Source: a bacterium
Lineage (GTDB): Bacteria; Vulcanimicrobiota; Vulcanimicrobiia; Vulcanimicrobiales; SCRA01
Assembly: GCA_004298665.1 (NCBI GenBank)
Contig: SCQY01000092.1
Location: 1-55,998 of the forward strand
Direction: 5' to 3'
Length of the DNA: 55,998 nt
This document shows, one piece after another, positions 27,319 through 36,473 of the stretch. The notes beneath the pieces are model-generated. The model made no database searches and was not told the origin of the DNA. It saw only the letters and a program-made list of their open reading frames with translations. Position 1 is the stretch's first letter; each line of letters opens with the position of its first letter. The translations under genes were made by a program, and so were the position numbers.

Positions 27319-27426
27319 GCGTAGCTGTGTCTTCCTGCCCGATGAGTGTAGTATAACTACCCCAGTGGAGAGAAGGGGAGAAGACGGTGAGGGCGAAGGG
27401 TGCCGGGGTCTAGGAGGAGGAGTCGC

Positions 27427-27696
27427 ATGATCTTGATTGGGATCGCTGTGATCGGCCTTGTGGTGGGGGCTACTTGGGCCCAACTCGGCGCCACGAGCTA
27501 CGATGGACAACTTCCGGGGATGCGTGGGGTGCTCTACGTGGCAGGAGGCCTGGCGATTGCTGCGACCGCGGCGCTCTTCCTCTTCCAGGCCGCGTGGTCC
27601 GTGCCGGTGCTCACCTACGCGCTACCCCTGGCATTGCTCGCCGGGGGCTTGCGCTTTGGGGGATTCCTCTCACGGAAGCTTTTCGTCTCGTTCTGA
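27427..27696 (+). CDS. Small membrane protein (about 3 TM)
   Basis: AGGAGGAG RBS; hydrophobic segments; first gene of the right arm. Confidence 0.6.
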   Translation: MILIGIAVIGLVVGATWAQLGATSYDGQLPGMRGVLYVAGGLAIAATAALFLFQAAWSVPVLTYALPLALLAGGLRFGGFLSRKLFVSF

Positions 27697-28445
27697 GCCT
27701 CGCAGCGCTCGTCGCACTGGTTCCGGCCGGTGCGGCGCCTGCGATTGGCGGTGCGCCGACGCCCCAACCCACCGCCTCGTGCGCGCCGAGCGTTGACAAC
27801 CTCGTCCCACCGCCACCGCCCGTCATCCCCCCGGAGACCGGGTTACCGACACCGGGCGTGGTTATACCGCCCGCGCAGGGCGATGTCGGTTCGTTGCCGC
27901 CAGACATCGCGCCGCCCCCAGCCTCGACGGGGATGGCGGCGCAATCCGTGACGATGCCTTCTCCGGACCCCAGCCCGGTGGGTGATCCGTGTGCGTCGAC
28001 CACGACGCTCGAGCAGAAGCTCTACACAGCGGCCGGTGCATTTCGAGGGCAGAGCACGGCGTGGGCGGGTACTAATTGTCCCAAGAGTGGTCAGCTCGGG
28101 GAATGCGCGTGCGCGGCGGCGGTGCAGCGCGTGGTGGCCATGGCGACAGGTGTAACGACGGGAAGTTATAGCGTCGATAGCTGGCTGGCATACGCGCGAA
28201 ACGGTTCCCCGTACGGTGGAGCGATTCTACCCGATGGGCTCGCGGGACCCGGGGACATTATCATTTGGTTCAGTGATCCTGCGCTCACCGAGGATGAACA
28301 CATCGGCTTTTGCGCCGCCGTGGGGTGCGCTGTCACCTGGAGCAACTGGAGCAGTAGCGCGCGGTTCGCGCCGCAAGGTTTGAGCATCTCGAACGACGGG
28401 GAGTATCCATATCATCTGGTTTGGGCGCCAGCGCATATTCCGTAG
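27474..28445 (+). CDS. Secreted Pro-rich protein with a C-terminal CHAP/NlpC-P60-like amidase domain (start uncertain, probably ~27600-27690)
   Basis: Signal-like RLVLSLAALVALVPAGAA, Pro-rich linker, CAAAVQRV...PGDIIIW...EHIGF. Confidence 0.6.
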   Translation: MGPTRRHELRWTTSGDAWGALRGRRPGDCCDRGALPLPGRVVRAGAHLRATPGIARRGLALWGIPLTEAFRLVLSLAALVALVPAGAAPAIGGAPTPQPTASCAPSVDNLVPPPPPVIPPETGLPTPGVVIPPAQGDVGSLPPDIAPPPASTGMAAQSVTMPSPDPSPVGDPCASTTTLEQKLYTAAGAFRGQSTAWAGTNCPKSGQLGECACAAAVQRVVAMATGVTTGSYSVDSWLAYARNGSPYGGAILPDGLAGPGDIIIWFSDPALTEDEHIGFCAAVGCAVTWSNWSSSARFAPQGLSISNDGEYPYHLVWAPAHIP

Positions 28446-28529
28446 GATGGCGGAGCACGTGCGCCTGAGCGTACCATCATTCATGACTATTCTGGCAGTG
28501 AGCGCTGTCGTCGCACGCGTCGAGGCCCC

Positions 28530-28874
28530 GTGACGATGCCAGACTCCGAGTCCAATCAGCTCCCGTGTTGCGTCCATCCGCACGACGCTGCGTGGGTTCT
28601 CGGTATCCTCGACGGCTTTCCCGACGCCTGGCGACGACGCGCGCTCGATCGTTATGTGGCCGCACATAGGGATGCACAGCGAGGTGCCACCGGCACGGAT
28701 CTTCAGCGCGCGGCGGCGGCGCGGCGCGCGGCAAATCTTACTCTCCTCGACATTCAAGAGGCTGCGCAAGCCGCGCTCAGCCGTCGAGCCCAAGAAGCAC
28801 TCACCATGGAGCATCATCCCCAAGAAGAGCAGCCTTGCGAAACTATCAAGCTGAATGAGAGTACGGTTGCATGA
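28530..28874 (+). CDS. Hypothetical protein
   Basis: ORF coupled (ATGA) to the next ORF. Confidence 0.45.
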   Translation: MTMPDSESNQLPCCVHPHDAAWVLGILDGFPDAWRRRALDRYVAAHRDAQRGATGTDLQRAAAARRAANLTLLDIQEAAQAALSRRAQEALTMEHHPQEEQPCETIKLNESTVA

Positions 28875-29155
28875 CGACGGCGGTAAGCGAGATCTGGGCA
28901 CCTGTTGAACTTCTGATTGCCGCCGGCACGACGGTTACCATTGACGTCTACGGGCGCGTCTGGAGAGTAGAGAAGGATCGGGTGTGCGGCACGGGCATCA
29001 CGGTTTCCGAGGCGATGCGGAAAGCGATGGCGGACGCTCTATTACCAAGCGCAGCGTGTGGCGAGGTTGAGACAACGTTGGGCGGTCACGCCGTGAGGGT
29101 GATCGTGACGAGGCCGCCGTTTACGCGGCATACCAGCTTAACGCTGATTCCGTAG
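28871..29155 (+). CDS. Hypothetical protein
   Basis: ATGA coupling; beta-rich. Confidence 0.45.
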   Translation: MTTAVSEIWAPVELLIAAGTTVTIDVYGRVWRVEKDRVCGTGITVSEAMRKAMADALLPSAACGEVETTLGGHAVRVIVTRPPFTRHTSLTLIP

Positions 29156-29543
29156 ACGGCCGCACCATCAGGCGGTGGGGAGCCGCGTCCTGTGAGTATG
29201 CTCCCGCGATAACGCGACCGGAGCGACGTCGCGCGATGAGCCTGTCTACACCCCGTGAAGTATCTGAGGCAGAGAACCCTGTCGGGAGCAGGCGATTGCT
29301 CGGATCCGGTGGGGAGAGGGCATCGTGCGCGGGGTAGGTGGAATGTCACGCCGGGTGATTCCAGAGCCCGCGGTATAGAGATCTCCGAGAGATTCGGGTG
29401 CCTCCGCCAATGACGGTGTACTCGGTGTCGCGATACACGCCCGAGCACAATCGAGTGCTGGCGGCAGGAGCGTGGCGGGAGAGAGCAGGAGAGTACCCGG
29501 AAACCCGATCCCCCGGGCATAGAGATGAGACGAAAGGATAGCA

Positions 29544-29975
29544 ATGGTAAGCGAGACGAGGAGCCCGGAGCGTACGAAAGCCGGCGCGGAGATGACCGTG
29601 CGGCAGCTCTACGACCACCTAATGCTCGAGCGCGCGAAGATCGACCGTCAGCTGGAATCCCTTCGCCCATTCCTCCCCGAGCTTGGCGCTACGGCGCCCG
29701 CCGGCGCCCTTCCTCCCCTACCCGCATTACCGGCGCAAGGTCGGAAGGCGGGTAGTACACGCGGAGGCCGGCGCAATATTCCCGTCGCGGAGTTCATCCT
29801 TGGCCGGCTCAAGCGCGATGAGACGACCGCACTCTCCGCGCTAGCCGATGCACTCGCTGCGGAGTATCACCTTTCGAAATTTAAGGGCCGCGAGAAAGTG
29901 AAGTCCTCCCTGAAAGACCTAGTTCGCCGGGGGAGAGTGGTACGCGGCAGCCCTGGGGCGTATCGACTCCCATAG
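29544..29975 (+). CDS. Putative DNA-binding protein (coiled coil + winged HTH)
   Basis: AAAGGA RBS; N-terminal coiled coil; VKSSLKDLVRRGRVVRGSPGAYRL wing motif. Confidence 0.6.
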   Translation: MVSETRSPERTKAGAEMTVRQLYDHLMLERAKIDRQLESLRPFLPELGATAPAGALPPLPALPAQGRKAGSTRGGRRNIPVAEFILGRLKRDETTALSALADALAAEYHLSKFKGREKVKSSLKDLVRRGRVVRGSPGAYRLP

Positions 29976-30004
29976 AGGACGCTTCCAGGGGAGATTCGGA
30001 GGGA

Positions 30005-30038
30005 CATGGCCGGTGTAGCATAAAATACACCGGCCATG
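30005..30038. repeat. Perfect 13-bp inverted repeat with an 8-bp asymmetric spacer (loxP-like geometry)
   Basis: CATGGCCGGTGTA GCATAAAA TACACCGGCCATG. Confidence 0.95.
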
Positions 30039-30112
30039 CTATATCTGGCTCACCTACACCAGGCGCCTAGTCCCCAGGTGGTGTGTACCGTCGCTTGGCG
30101 GTGGTGCAGATC

Positions 30113-30907
30113 ATGAACGGTGAGAATGGCTCAGGGGGAGACCGCACGATAGTCCGGCCCAACGCCGTTACGGCGCCGGGCTTCACGCCTGAAGCCTTCG
30201 ACGCGTCTCGCAGCGACCTTGAGCTGGCTCCACTTCCCGAGGATAGCTTTGGCGATGCGCTTGATCGCATCGACGCGCTAGTGGAAACAGTCAAGCTCCT
30301 CTTCCGGTGGCTGATACGGCCACTCGCTGTGATTGGGTGCCTATTGGCGCTGGCCGCCGTCGTCGCAGTTCGGCAGTTATCCGTCAAACCAAATGTCGTT
30401 CCATACGTTCAGGTCGTACGCGAGCGTTGTCTCGATATGAAGTGCCGGTCAATCGAGCGCGATGTCAGCGCACTGCAGCCAGTGGCGACTGATGAGCGAT
30501 CGAAGGACATCGTTGCGCGAGCCCTTCTCCCAGTCATCGTCCATCAGATGTTCGCCGTGTCTACCCCGCAACAGGACCAGTACGACTGGAGTCACGACGT
30601 CCTTCCCTTCATTGCCACGAACTCGCCCGCCGCGACCTTCGCGGCAACGTATCTTCAGAAGAACCAGATCGGCGCGTTCGCCGGCCACGGCACGGTGAAC
30701 GTGAGCGTCGATCCGGTCGATCCCCCGAGCGAGCCGAACGTCTACCTCGTCTCGTGGACCATGCAGACCGTGGCTCTTGATGGTACGGCTGCCCAGGCCC
30801 AGCGCAGCTTCGCACGGATCACCTTGAAGTGGGGGACGCCTACGGGAGATAACCGCAACGGGCTCCTTCTGGAGTCGATCGAGCTTGTGACGAAGGGGAG
30901 TAATTAA
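30113..30907 (+). CDS. virB8: VirB8/TrbF-like T4SS inner-membrane protein
   Basis: Single TM followed by VVPYVQV; NTF2-like C-terminus YLVSW...NRNGLLLESI. Confidence 0.75.
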   Translation: MNGENGSGGDRTIVRPNAVTAPGFTPEAFDASRSDLELAPLPEDSFGDALDRIDALVETVKLLFRWLIRPLAVIGCLLALAAVVAVRQLSVKPNVVPYVQVVRERCLDMKCRSIERDVSALQPVATDERSKDIVARALLPVIVHQMFAVSTPQQDQYDWSHDVLPFIATNSPAATFAATYLQKNQIGAFAGHGTVNVSVDPVDPPSEPNVYLVSWTMQTVALDGTAAQAQRSFARITLKWGTPTGDNRNGLLLESIELVTKGSN

Positions 30908-30930
30908 TCCACCATGAAGGGGAGTCTCCC

Positions 30931-31824
30931 GTGGTGATCATACCAACCCCTCAGCCGATCTCTCTCCACTCCCCGGCGCCAATCGCAACCCCAAGACCGG
31001 CGATCGCGACGCCCGCGCCGAGCCATCCGCAAAGTGGCGACGTGTACGTCGATGGGCAGGGCGTGGTTCGTACGATCTACTACGCCGGTGGTTCCATCGT
31101 GGTGAGCTGTGCGCCCAGCTCTACCTGTCGCGTTGAACTTCCGGCGGGCTCGGCCGTGAGCGGGGTTCTCAATCCTACGCCGGCGTGGCACGTGACGCCG
31201 GATAACGACGGGGCCACCCCCATGGTACTCGTCGTCCCCGATCCTGGGGCGCCCGATGCGGGGATCGTCGTGCAATCCAAGGCGCGGAGCTTCGCGATGA
31301 GGCTCCACCTTGATCCCGCTGCCGTGAACGCGACTTACGGGTATCTCTTTCCCGACCATGGTCGGGTGGTGCTCCCCAGCGCGAAGCCCGTGGAAGTAAC
31401 ATCCGAGGATGACCAGGCGAGTGCGGAGCCTTTCCAGGCGCCGATCGCGCCGGCGCCATGTCCCAGCGGCTACGCGATGACCTCGCAAGGCGATCCACCA
31501 TTTTGGCCTCGGCGCGTCTGGATCGCGAATGATGGCGTATCGATCGCGTTCTCGGCCAACGGCGTCATCCCCGTCGCCGCCGTTCCCCTCAGTGGCGCGC
31601 CGCTTCGCTCGCCGGTTGACTTGAGCCGCCTAGCGATGATCTCGCAGGCCGGGGAAATTGACGGCCAAGATCGCGTCGTACACGTGCTCGACTGCTATCC
31701 CACGATTGTGCTGTACCTCGGCTTTGGCAGGGATCGTCGCGCGGTGGTCCTACAGGCTCGTGCGGGAGGTACCCCTCAAGCCACGTCGTCTTCGCCAGCC
31801 AACCGCGACCAGGCCCAGCAATGA
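30931..31824 (+). CDS. virB9: VirB9/TrbG-like T4SS outer-membrane core protein
   Basis: VSCAP...RVELPAG, YAM..GDPPFWPRRVW..DG; lies between VirB8 and VirB10. Confidence 0.7.
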   Translation: MVIIPTPQPISLHSPAPIATPRPAIATPAPSHPQSGDVYVDGQGVVRTIYYAGGSIVVSCAPSSTCRVELPAGSAVSGVLNPTPAWHVTPDNDGATPMVLVVPDPGAPDAGIVVQSKARSFAMRLHLDPAAVNATYGYLFPDHGRVVLPSAKPVEVTSEDDQASAEPFQAPIAPAPCPSGYAMTSQGDPPFWPRRVWIANDGVSIAFSANGVIPVAAVPLSGAPLRSPVDLSRLAMISQAGEIDGQDRVVHVLDCYPTIVLYLGFGRDRRAVVLQARAGGTPQATSSSPANRDQAQQ

Positions 31825-33161
31825 GCGTTTCGACGCAACCAGGAGGGCCTCTTCAGCCGAAACTTTCCTGGCGCGGCCGGCTGGCGCGCACAGCGGTGAC
31901 GGGCGTCGTCGCGCTGGTAGTGCTCGCGCTCTTCTTTCACGTGGATCTCCTCGGCTGGTCCGGGATACACCTGTGGCACGCGGTACACCCAACGCCGACT
32001 GTCAGCCCGATTGCATCACCCTCTGCCAACAGTGATGGTCTCCTGGGTGCGGCGATAGCAGAGATCACCGGGCAACCCGTCCATCCGACTCGGACACCTA
32101 CTCCGCAGGTTGCAGCGCCTGCGGCCGCCGCCCCCGGTGTATCCGGGGCTGCGGGGCGAGCCGGTCTATTGACTCCTGAGCAGCAACGCGAACTGGCCGA
32201 GTCCAATCGAGTCATTAGCCAGGTGAACGGCTCCCCGGTGGACGCGAACCCATTTAGCAACCTCGGGAAAGACATCGCATACCGGGAAACCGCTCCGACT
32301 GCGCAGCCAGCGCCACCGCCGGCCCCTGCGCCGACATCACCTCCGGTGCCCGCGCTCGTGACGCCTTCCCCCCTCACGTCGATGGGCCCGCTCCTTTCGA
32401 ATCCGTCGGCCCCGTCCATGGTCGGGACCGTGCCAGGACAGCAGAGCGGAGCACTTCCCGTGTCGATAGCTCAACTCGATCGGGCTGATGAGGCGTCGTT
32501 TGTCCAAACAACACAAACGGTATCGCCGTATACCAGCGCGGAAGTATCGCCAGCGCGCTCGCCAAACGAGATCTGGCCGAGCGACGGGATCGATTGCACC
32601 CTCAAGAATGCGATCTATTCAGATCTCCCAGGGATAGCGATTGGTCTTATCGCGAAGGACGTGAAGAGCCATCTTCCGCCCCACAACATTCTGATTCCGG
32701 CGACCAGTGAGGTCTGGGGTCCGTATAACGCGCTGGTTGGGCAAGGTCAGGACGCGATGCAGATTCGCTGGGATGTGCTAGCCTACCCCAATGGCGCGAC
32801 TTTGCCGCTTCAGAGTGTGCAAGCTACGGACGCGCGTGGGCGTGCTGGCATTCCCGCGGATGTGAACAACCACGTCGGTCGCGTGTACACCAGCACACTG
32901 ATCGGCACGATCCTTTCGGTGGCTGGCGGCATTGCGGCCGCACGCGCTGAAACGGTCGGTACGCCGTCTGTCGGGCAGCTCTTTGGCGTGAGCGCAAACA
33001 ACGCAGTGCAGCAGCAAGCCTCGCAACGGATGAGCGCCGCACAAAGCATTCCGCCAACGCTTATGGTGCACGGCGGTACACCGTGCCACCTACAGTTTGC
33101 CGCAATTCAGATGCTACCGACCTACAGCGAGGTTGTACGCAGCTACGGGGCTAGCCGATGA
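31821..33161 (+). CDS. virB10: VirB10/TrbI T4SS core protein
   Basis: TM + Pro-rich linker; IYSDLPG, ILIPA...G.Y, RW....PNG, DARGRAGIPADVNNH, IPPTL. Confidence 0.9.
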   Translation: MSVSTQPGGPLQPKLSWRGRLARTAVTGVVALVVLALFFHVDLLGWSGIHLWHAVHPTPTVSPIASPSANSDGLLGAAIAEITGQPVHPTRTPTPQVAAPAAAAPGVSGAAGRAGLLTPEQQRELAESNRVISQVNGSPVDANPFSNLGKDIAYRETAPTAQPAPPPAPAPTSPPVPALVTPSPLTSMGPLLSNPSAPSMVGTVPGQQSGALPVSIAQLDRADEASFVQTTQTVSPYTSAEVSPARSPNEIWPSDGIDCTLKNAIYSDLPGIAIGLIAKDVKSHLPPHNILIPATSEVWGPYNALVGQGQDAMQIRWDVLAYPNGATLPLQSVQATDARGRAGIPADVNNHVGRVYTSTLIGTILSVAGGIAAARAETVGTPSVGQLFGVSANNAVQQQASQRMSAAQSIPPTLMVHGGTPCHLQFAAIQMLPTYSEVVRSYGASR

Positions 33162-33841
33162 TTTCACAGGCGGTGCTCGCCGGCGCGCTGTGGATCTTTG
33201 GGGTGTGCGCGCCCTCTGCGCCGCCGGCGCTGCTCGCCGGCATCGCGATGCAAGAGAGTGGCTTCGATCCGGACGCGATCAACGACGATACCATGCACAA
33301 ATCATACTACCCAGGGTCACCGAATGCCGCTGTGGACTTATCTGTGGCGTTGCAAGCGCACGGAGACCAGATCGACGTCGGCCTGCTCGGGATCGACTAT
33401 ACCGACTGGCAACGGCACGGCGTGCCATTGGTAGCCGCGTTCGATGAATGCACGAACGCACACGTGTCCGCAGAGATATTGATGGGCGACTACGCAAGTG
33501 CGACAGCCACAGGGTATCGCGGCGAGACGGCGTGGGTGGCAGCGCTCTCGCTCTACAACGCCGGTCGCATCACCCCACGCGGTCTCGCCTATGCGCGCTC
33601 GGTGCTTGCAAACACGCAGATGTTGTGGCCGCGGATCCAACTTGCTATGCGCCGGCCCACTGCGTCAGCCGCCTCCGCGCTGATAGCCCAGCAAGCCCCC
33701 GCTCCGACGAGCACTCCAGCCCCCTCCCTCACAGAGGCGGTACGTATTGCTCGCGAGCGCCAAACCCAAGCGTCACGCGCCTATGCAGCGATCGAGCGCG
33801 CCGTCCAAGCGCGTACGAAGGCGCAAAGAGGAGCCCCATGA
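33158..33841 (+). CDS. virB1: VirB1-like lytic transglycosylase
   Basis: CAP, QESGFDPDAIN, IDVGLLGI, AFDECTN, AALSLYNAG. Confidence 0.88.
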   Translation: MISQAVLAGALWIFGVCAPSAPPALLAGIAMQESGFDPDAINDDTMHKSYYPGSPNAAVDLSVALQAHGDQIDVGLLGIDYTDWQRHGVPLVAAFDECTNAHVSAEILMGDYASATATGYRGETAWVAALSLYNAGRITPRGLAYARSVLANTQMLWPRIQLAMRRPTASAASALIAQQAPAPTSTPAPSLTEAVRIARERQTQASRAYAAIERAVQARTKAQRGAP

Positions 33842-35328
33842 CCGTACCCGAGCAAGCACTTCCGGCTGCCTCGGCAGACGTCTCGCTAGCGCCCGAAGCC
33901 ATGCGTCGGGCGCTCGGCCGCATCGGGCTTGGCGCGGCATTACGCGAACGGATCATTCCGATCTCGCTCGCGCGCGGGCGTCTCACGATTGGCGTTGATG
34001 GCGATACCAAAAAAGCCATCGCGTGGGCACGCGTACATGCTGGATTACGCGACATTGTCGCAGTTCCACTGGCTACTGCGCAAGTAAGCGCAACGTTACG
34101 CGAGCTGCGCGCTGCGAACGCTTCGCCGCCGCTTAGCCGTGCCGAGGAGCAGATCGCGCGCGCGGTCACAACCGTAGCGATCGGCGGCGGCAGTGATCTC
34201 TTTGCGCTGCCTGACCAGACCGGTGTTCGACTCATTGCGAAGATCAACGGCGCAGCGCGTGAGATCAGCCGAATGGACAGCGCGACGTATGAGCAGTCCC
34301 TGATCGCAGGGTCCGTATCGGGTCACCTCGGTGGTACGGCGCACCTACGCGAGTCACAGAGTTGCGGCTATCAGATCGACTACGACGCTGTACGCGTTTC
34401 TTGCCGCCTTCGCACGTACCCGCGAACGATCCGGATCGGTACGGAAACGAAAATCGTCCCGGCACTGGACTTCCGTATCCACCCGGACCAGGACGATCTC
34501 CCGCGTCCAGACGAGCTCGGTATCCGTGCCGAGGCGATAGCGGCATTACGCCGGGTACTGGCCGAGGAACGGCTTCCAGTCTTAGTAAGCGGGGAGCCCG
34601 GTGTCGGCAAAACGACAACTCTTTTTTCCATTCTGCGGGAGATTGCTAAGGTCTGGCCGTTCATCTACACGTTCGAGGCACCCATTGAGATGGTCGTCGA
34701 CGAGCTCATCCAGCGCGAAGTTCCGACAATCTCAGATGCCATCCCCGACCGTGAAGCCCTGTTACAGATGAACCCGGATATCGTGTTCATCGGTGAAGCG
34801 CTCGGCCGCGGCTCCTTTGCACCGTTGCTTGATTTTATCGAGACCAATGTGCCAAGCGTGACGACGCTTCACGAGCGCACCGCTCTAGGCGCGCTCTACC
34901 GGGCAGTCCAGCTCGGTGGCGATCGCTACCTCACGAAGGCCAGGCTCATATGGTGCCAAGCGCTCATCGCGCCGGTCTGCCACAACTGCGGTACGCAAGG
35001 CTCACCGAGCGCGGCAGTGGAGTATCGGTTTAAGCTCCACGAGACGCCGCCCCCAACCACGACGTGGCGGCGAACAGTGGGGGCCGACTGCGCCTATTGT
35101 CAGGGGCTCGGGGTGACTGGTCCTCGTCGTCCACTGGTGGAGTTCTTCCACGTCAATGCCGGGGTCCGCGAGGTAGTCCGCGGTGGAGCATGGAACCCGG
35201 GAGCGCTGCGCAAGCTCGTCTACCCCTCCCCAGAGGGGATGACCATTGCCGGATCCGGGGCAGAAGCGCTCCGCGCAGGGGAGATCGACGAAACCGAGTT
35301 CCTTAGGCTCGGAGACGACCTGGTGTAG
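33838..35328 (+). CDS. pilB: PilB/GspE-family assembly ATPase
   Basis: SGEPGVGKTTTL Walker A, EAPIE, NPDIVFIGE Walker B, TTLH, CHNC...CAYC zinc motif. Confidence 0.85.
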   Translation: MTVPEQALPAASADVSLAPEAMRRALGRIGLGAALRERIIPISLARGRLTIGVDGDTKKAIAWARVHAGLRDIVAVPLATAQVSATLRELRAANASPPLSRAEEQIARAVTTVAIGGGSDLFALPDQTGVRLIAKINGAAREISRMDSATYEQSLIAGSVSGHLGGTAHLRESQSCGYQIDYDAVRVSCRLRTYPRTIRIGTETKIVPALDFRIHPDQDDLPRPDELGIRAEAIAALRRVLAEERLPVLVSGEPGVGKTTTLFSILREIAKVWPFIYTFEAPIEMVVDELIQREVPTISDAIPDREALLQMNPDIVFIGEALGRGSFAPLLDFIETNVPSVTTLHERTALGALYRAVQLGGDRYLTKARLIWCQALIAPVCHNCGTQGSPSAAVEYRFKLHETPPPTTTWRRTVGADCAYCQGLGVTGPRRPLVEFFHVNAGVREVVRGGAWNPGALRKLVYPSPEGMTIAGSGAEALRAGEIDETEFLRLGDDLV

Positions 35329-36473
35329 TGCACTCGAAGGAGAAGGAGAGTAGACAAGTGCAGCCGATCGATGGGAAGCTTGCCCCCTTTGACGGGCGCG
35401 GCGAGCGTTTTGCCGGCAAGGCGGGTTTTGGCGCGTACTGTGAACAGCTGCGCGAGGCCGGCGTGTCGGACCTCATGATTCGGCAAACGCCACTGCGGAT
35501 CGCGGTCTGTACCCGCGCCCGGTTCAGGCGCTTTCCTGACGAGCTGGCACCGTACGCGCTCGAGTGGCTGCGTCATTTCGAGGAGCTTTATCTGAAGCCG
35601 GGTGTGCTGCAGGATCGTTGGAATCGTGAAAAGACGCTCGATGTAGCTCACCGCCTCCCAGGCGGAGGATTTGCGCGCCTGCACTTCTGGCGCCAGGGTG
35701 GGTTGAACCTGAGCGCGCGGATTCACCCGGCGCATCCGCCTTTGCTTGACGATGTGCTCCCTATCGAGAGTGAACGCGAGGAACAGATTCGCAGGGATCT
35801 GATTGCTATGCTTACACGCCGCCAAGGGCTCATTGTCATAGGCGGCCAGGTACGATCCGGCAAGACGTGGCTCGAGCACGCGCTGTACGATTACCTGAAT
35901 CGTCACACGGAGGGTGGTCACGCATGGCTGATCGGAGATCCACTCGAGTTTGAGCACGAGGACGAGGGCTGGATTTTCACACCGAACGATGTGAGCGAAC
36001 GCGGGACCACTCAGGATTATGAGATCCGCCGGTCGTTGCGCGTCCCGCGCACGCTTATCGGCGTCGGCGAGATGCGCGGGGACACCGCATCAACCGAAGC
36101 TACGCTTACCGCGGCACTTGCGGGAACGCTGGTCGTCGCTACCGGACACTTCTCCGATGTGCAGGACATCGTTTCGCGCTTCTCGCTTGGGTCGGCGGCA
36201 ATGAGTGAGCAGAGCAAGCGCAGCGTCTTCCTCGAGGCCTTGCAAGGCGTAATCCACTTGGCGCTTGCGCCGGGGATCGACGGCCGCGAGGTACTAGTAG
36301 TCTCCTACACCGATTTTGGCCAGCACGCGAATCTCAAGACGGACCTGGCCGAAGGCAAACGCGTGGGGCCGACAACAATCGACGTCGGCTATCGCCCGCT
36401 TGCGGCGGATGCGGCGCTGCTCGTTTCGAAGATCGGCCGCGACGCGGCTACTGCACTTGGGGCGCGAGTGTAA
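35328..36473 (+). CDS. pilT: PilT/PilU-family ATPase
   Basis: QGLIVIGGQVRSGKT, DPLEFEH, IGVGEMRGD, LVVATGH. Confidence 0.8.
   Translation: MHSKEKESRQVQPIDGKLAPFDGRGERFAGKAGFGAYCEQLREAGVSDLMIRQTPLRIAVCTRARFRRFPDELAPYALEWLRHFEELYLKPGVLQDRWNREKTLDVAHRLPGGGFARLHFWRQGGLNLSARIHPAHPPLLDDVLPIESEREEQIRRDLIAMLTRRQGLIVIGGQVRSGKTWLEHALYDYLNRHTEGGHAWLIGDPLEFEHEDEGWIFTPNDVSERGTTQDYEIRRSLRVPRTLIGVGEMRGDTASTEATLTAALAGTLVVATGHFSDVQDIVSRFSLGSAAMSEQSKRSVFLEALQGVIHLALAPGIDGREVLVVSYTDFGQHANLKTDLAEGKRVGPTTIDVGYRPLAADAALLVSKIGRDAATALGARV

Noticed and set aside
27427-27696. Calling this membrane protein VirB2/VirB3
   Set aside because: Only hydrophobicity supports it; there is no diagnostic motif
33838-34100. MshEN c-di-GMP-binding motif at the PilB N-terminus
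   Set aside because: RIGLGAALR does not fit the RLGxxLLxxG...LxxQ consensus
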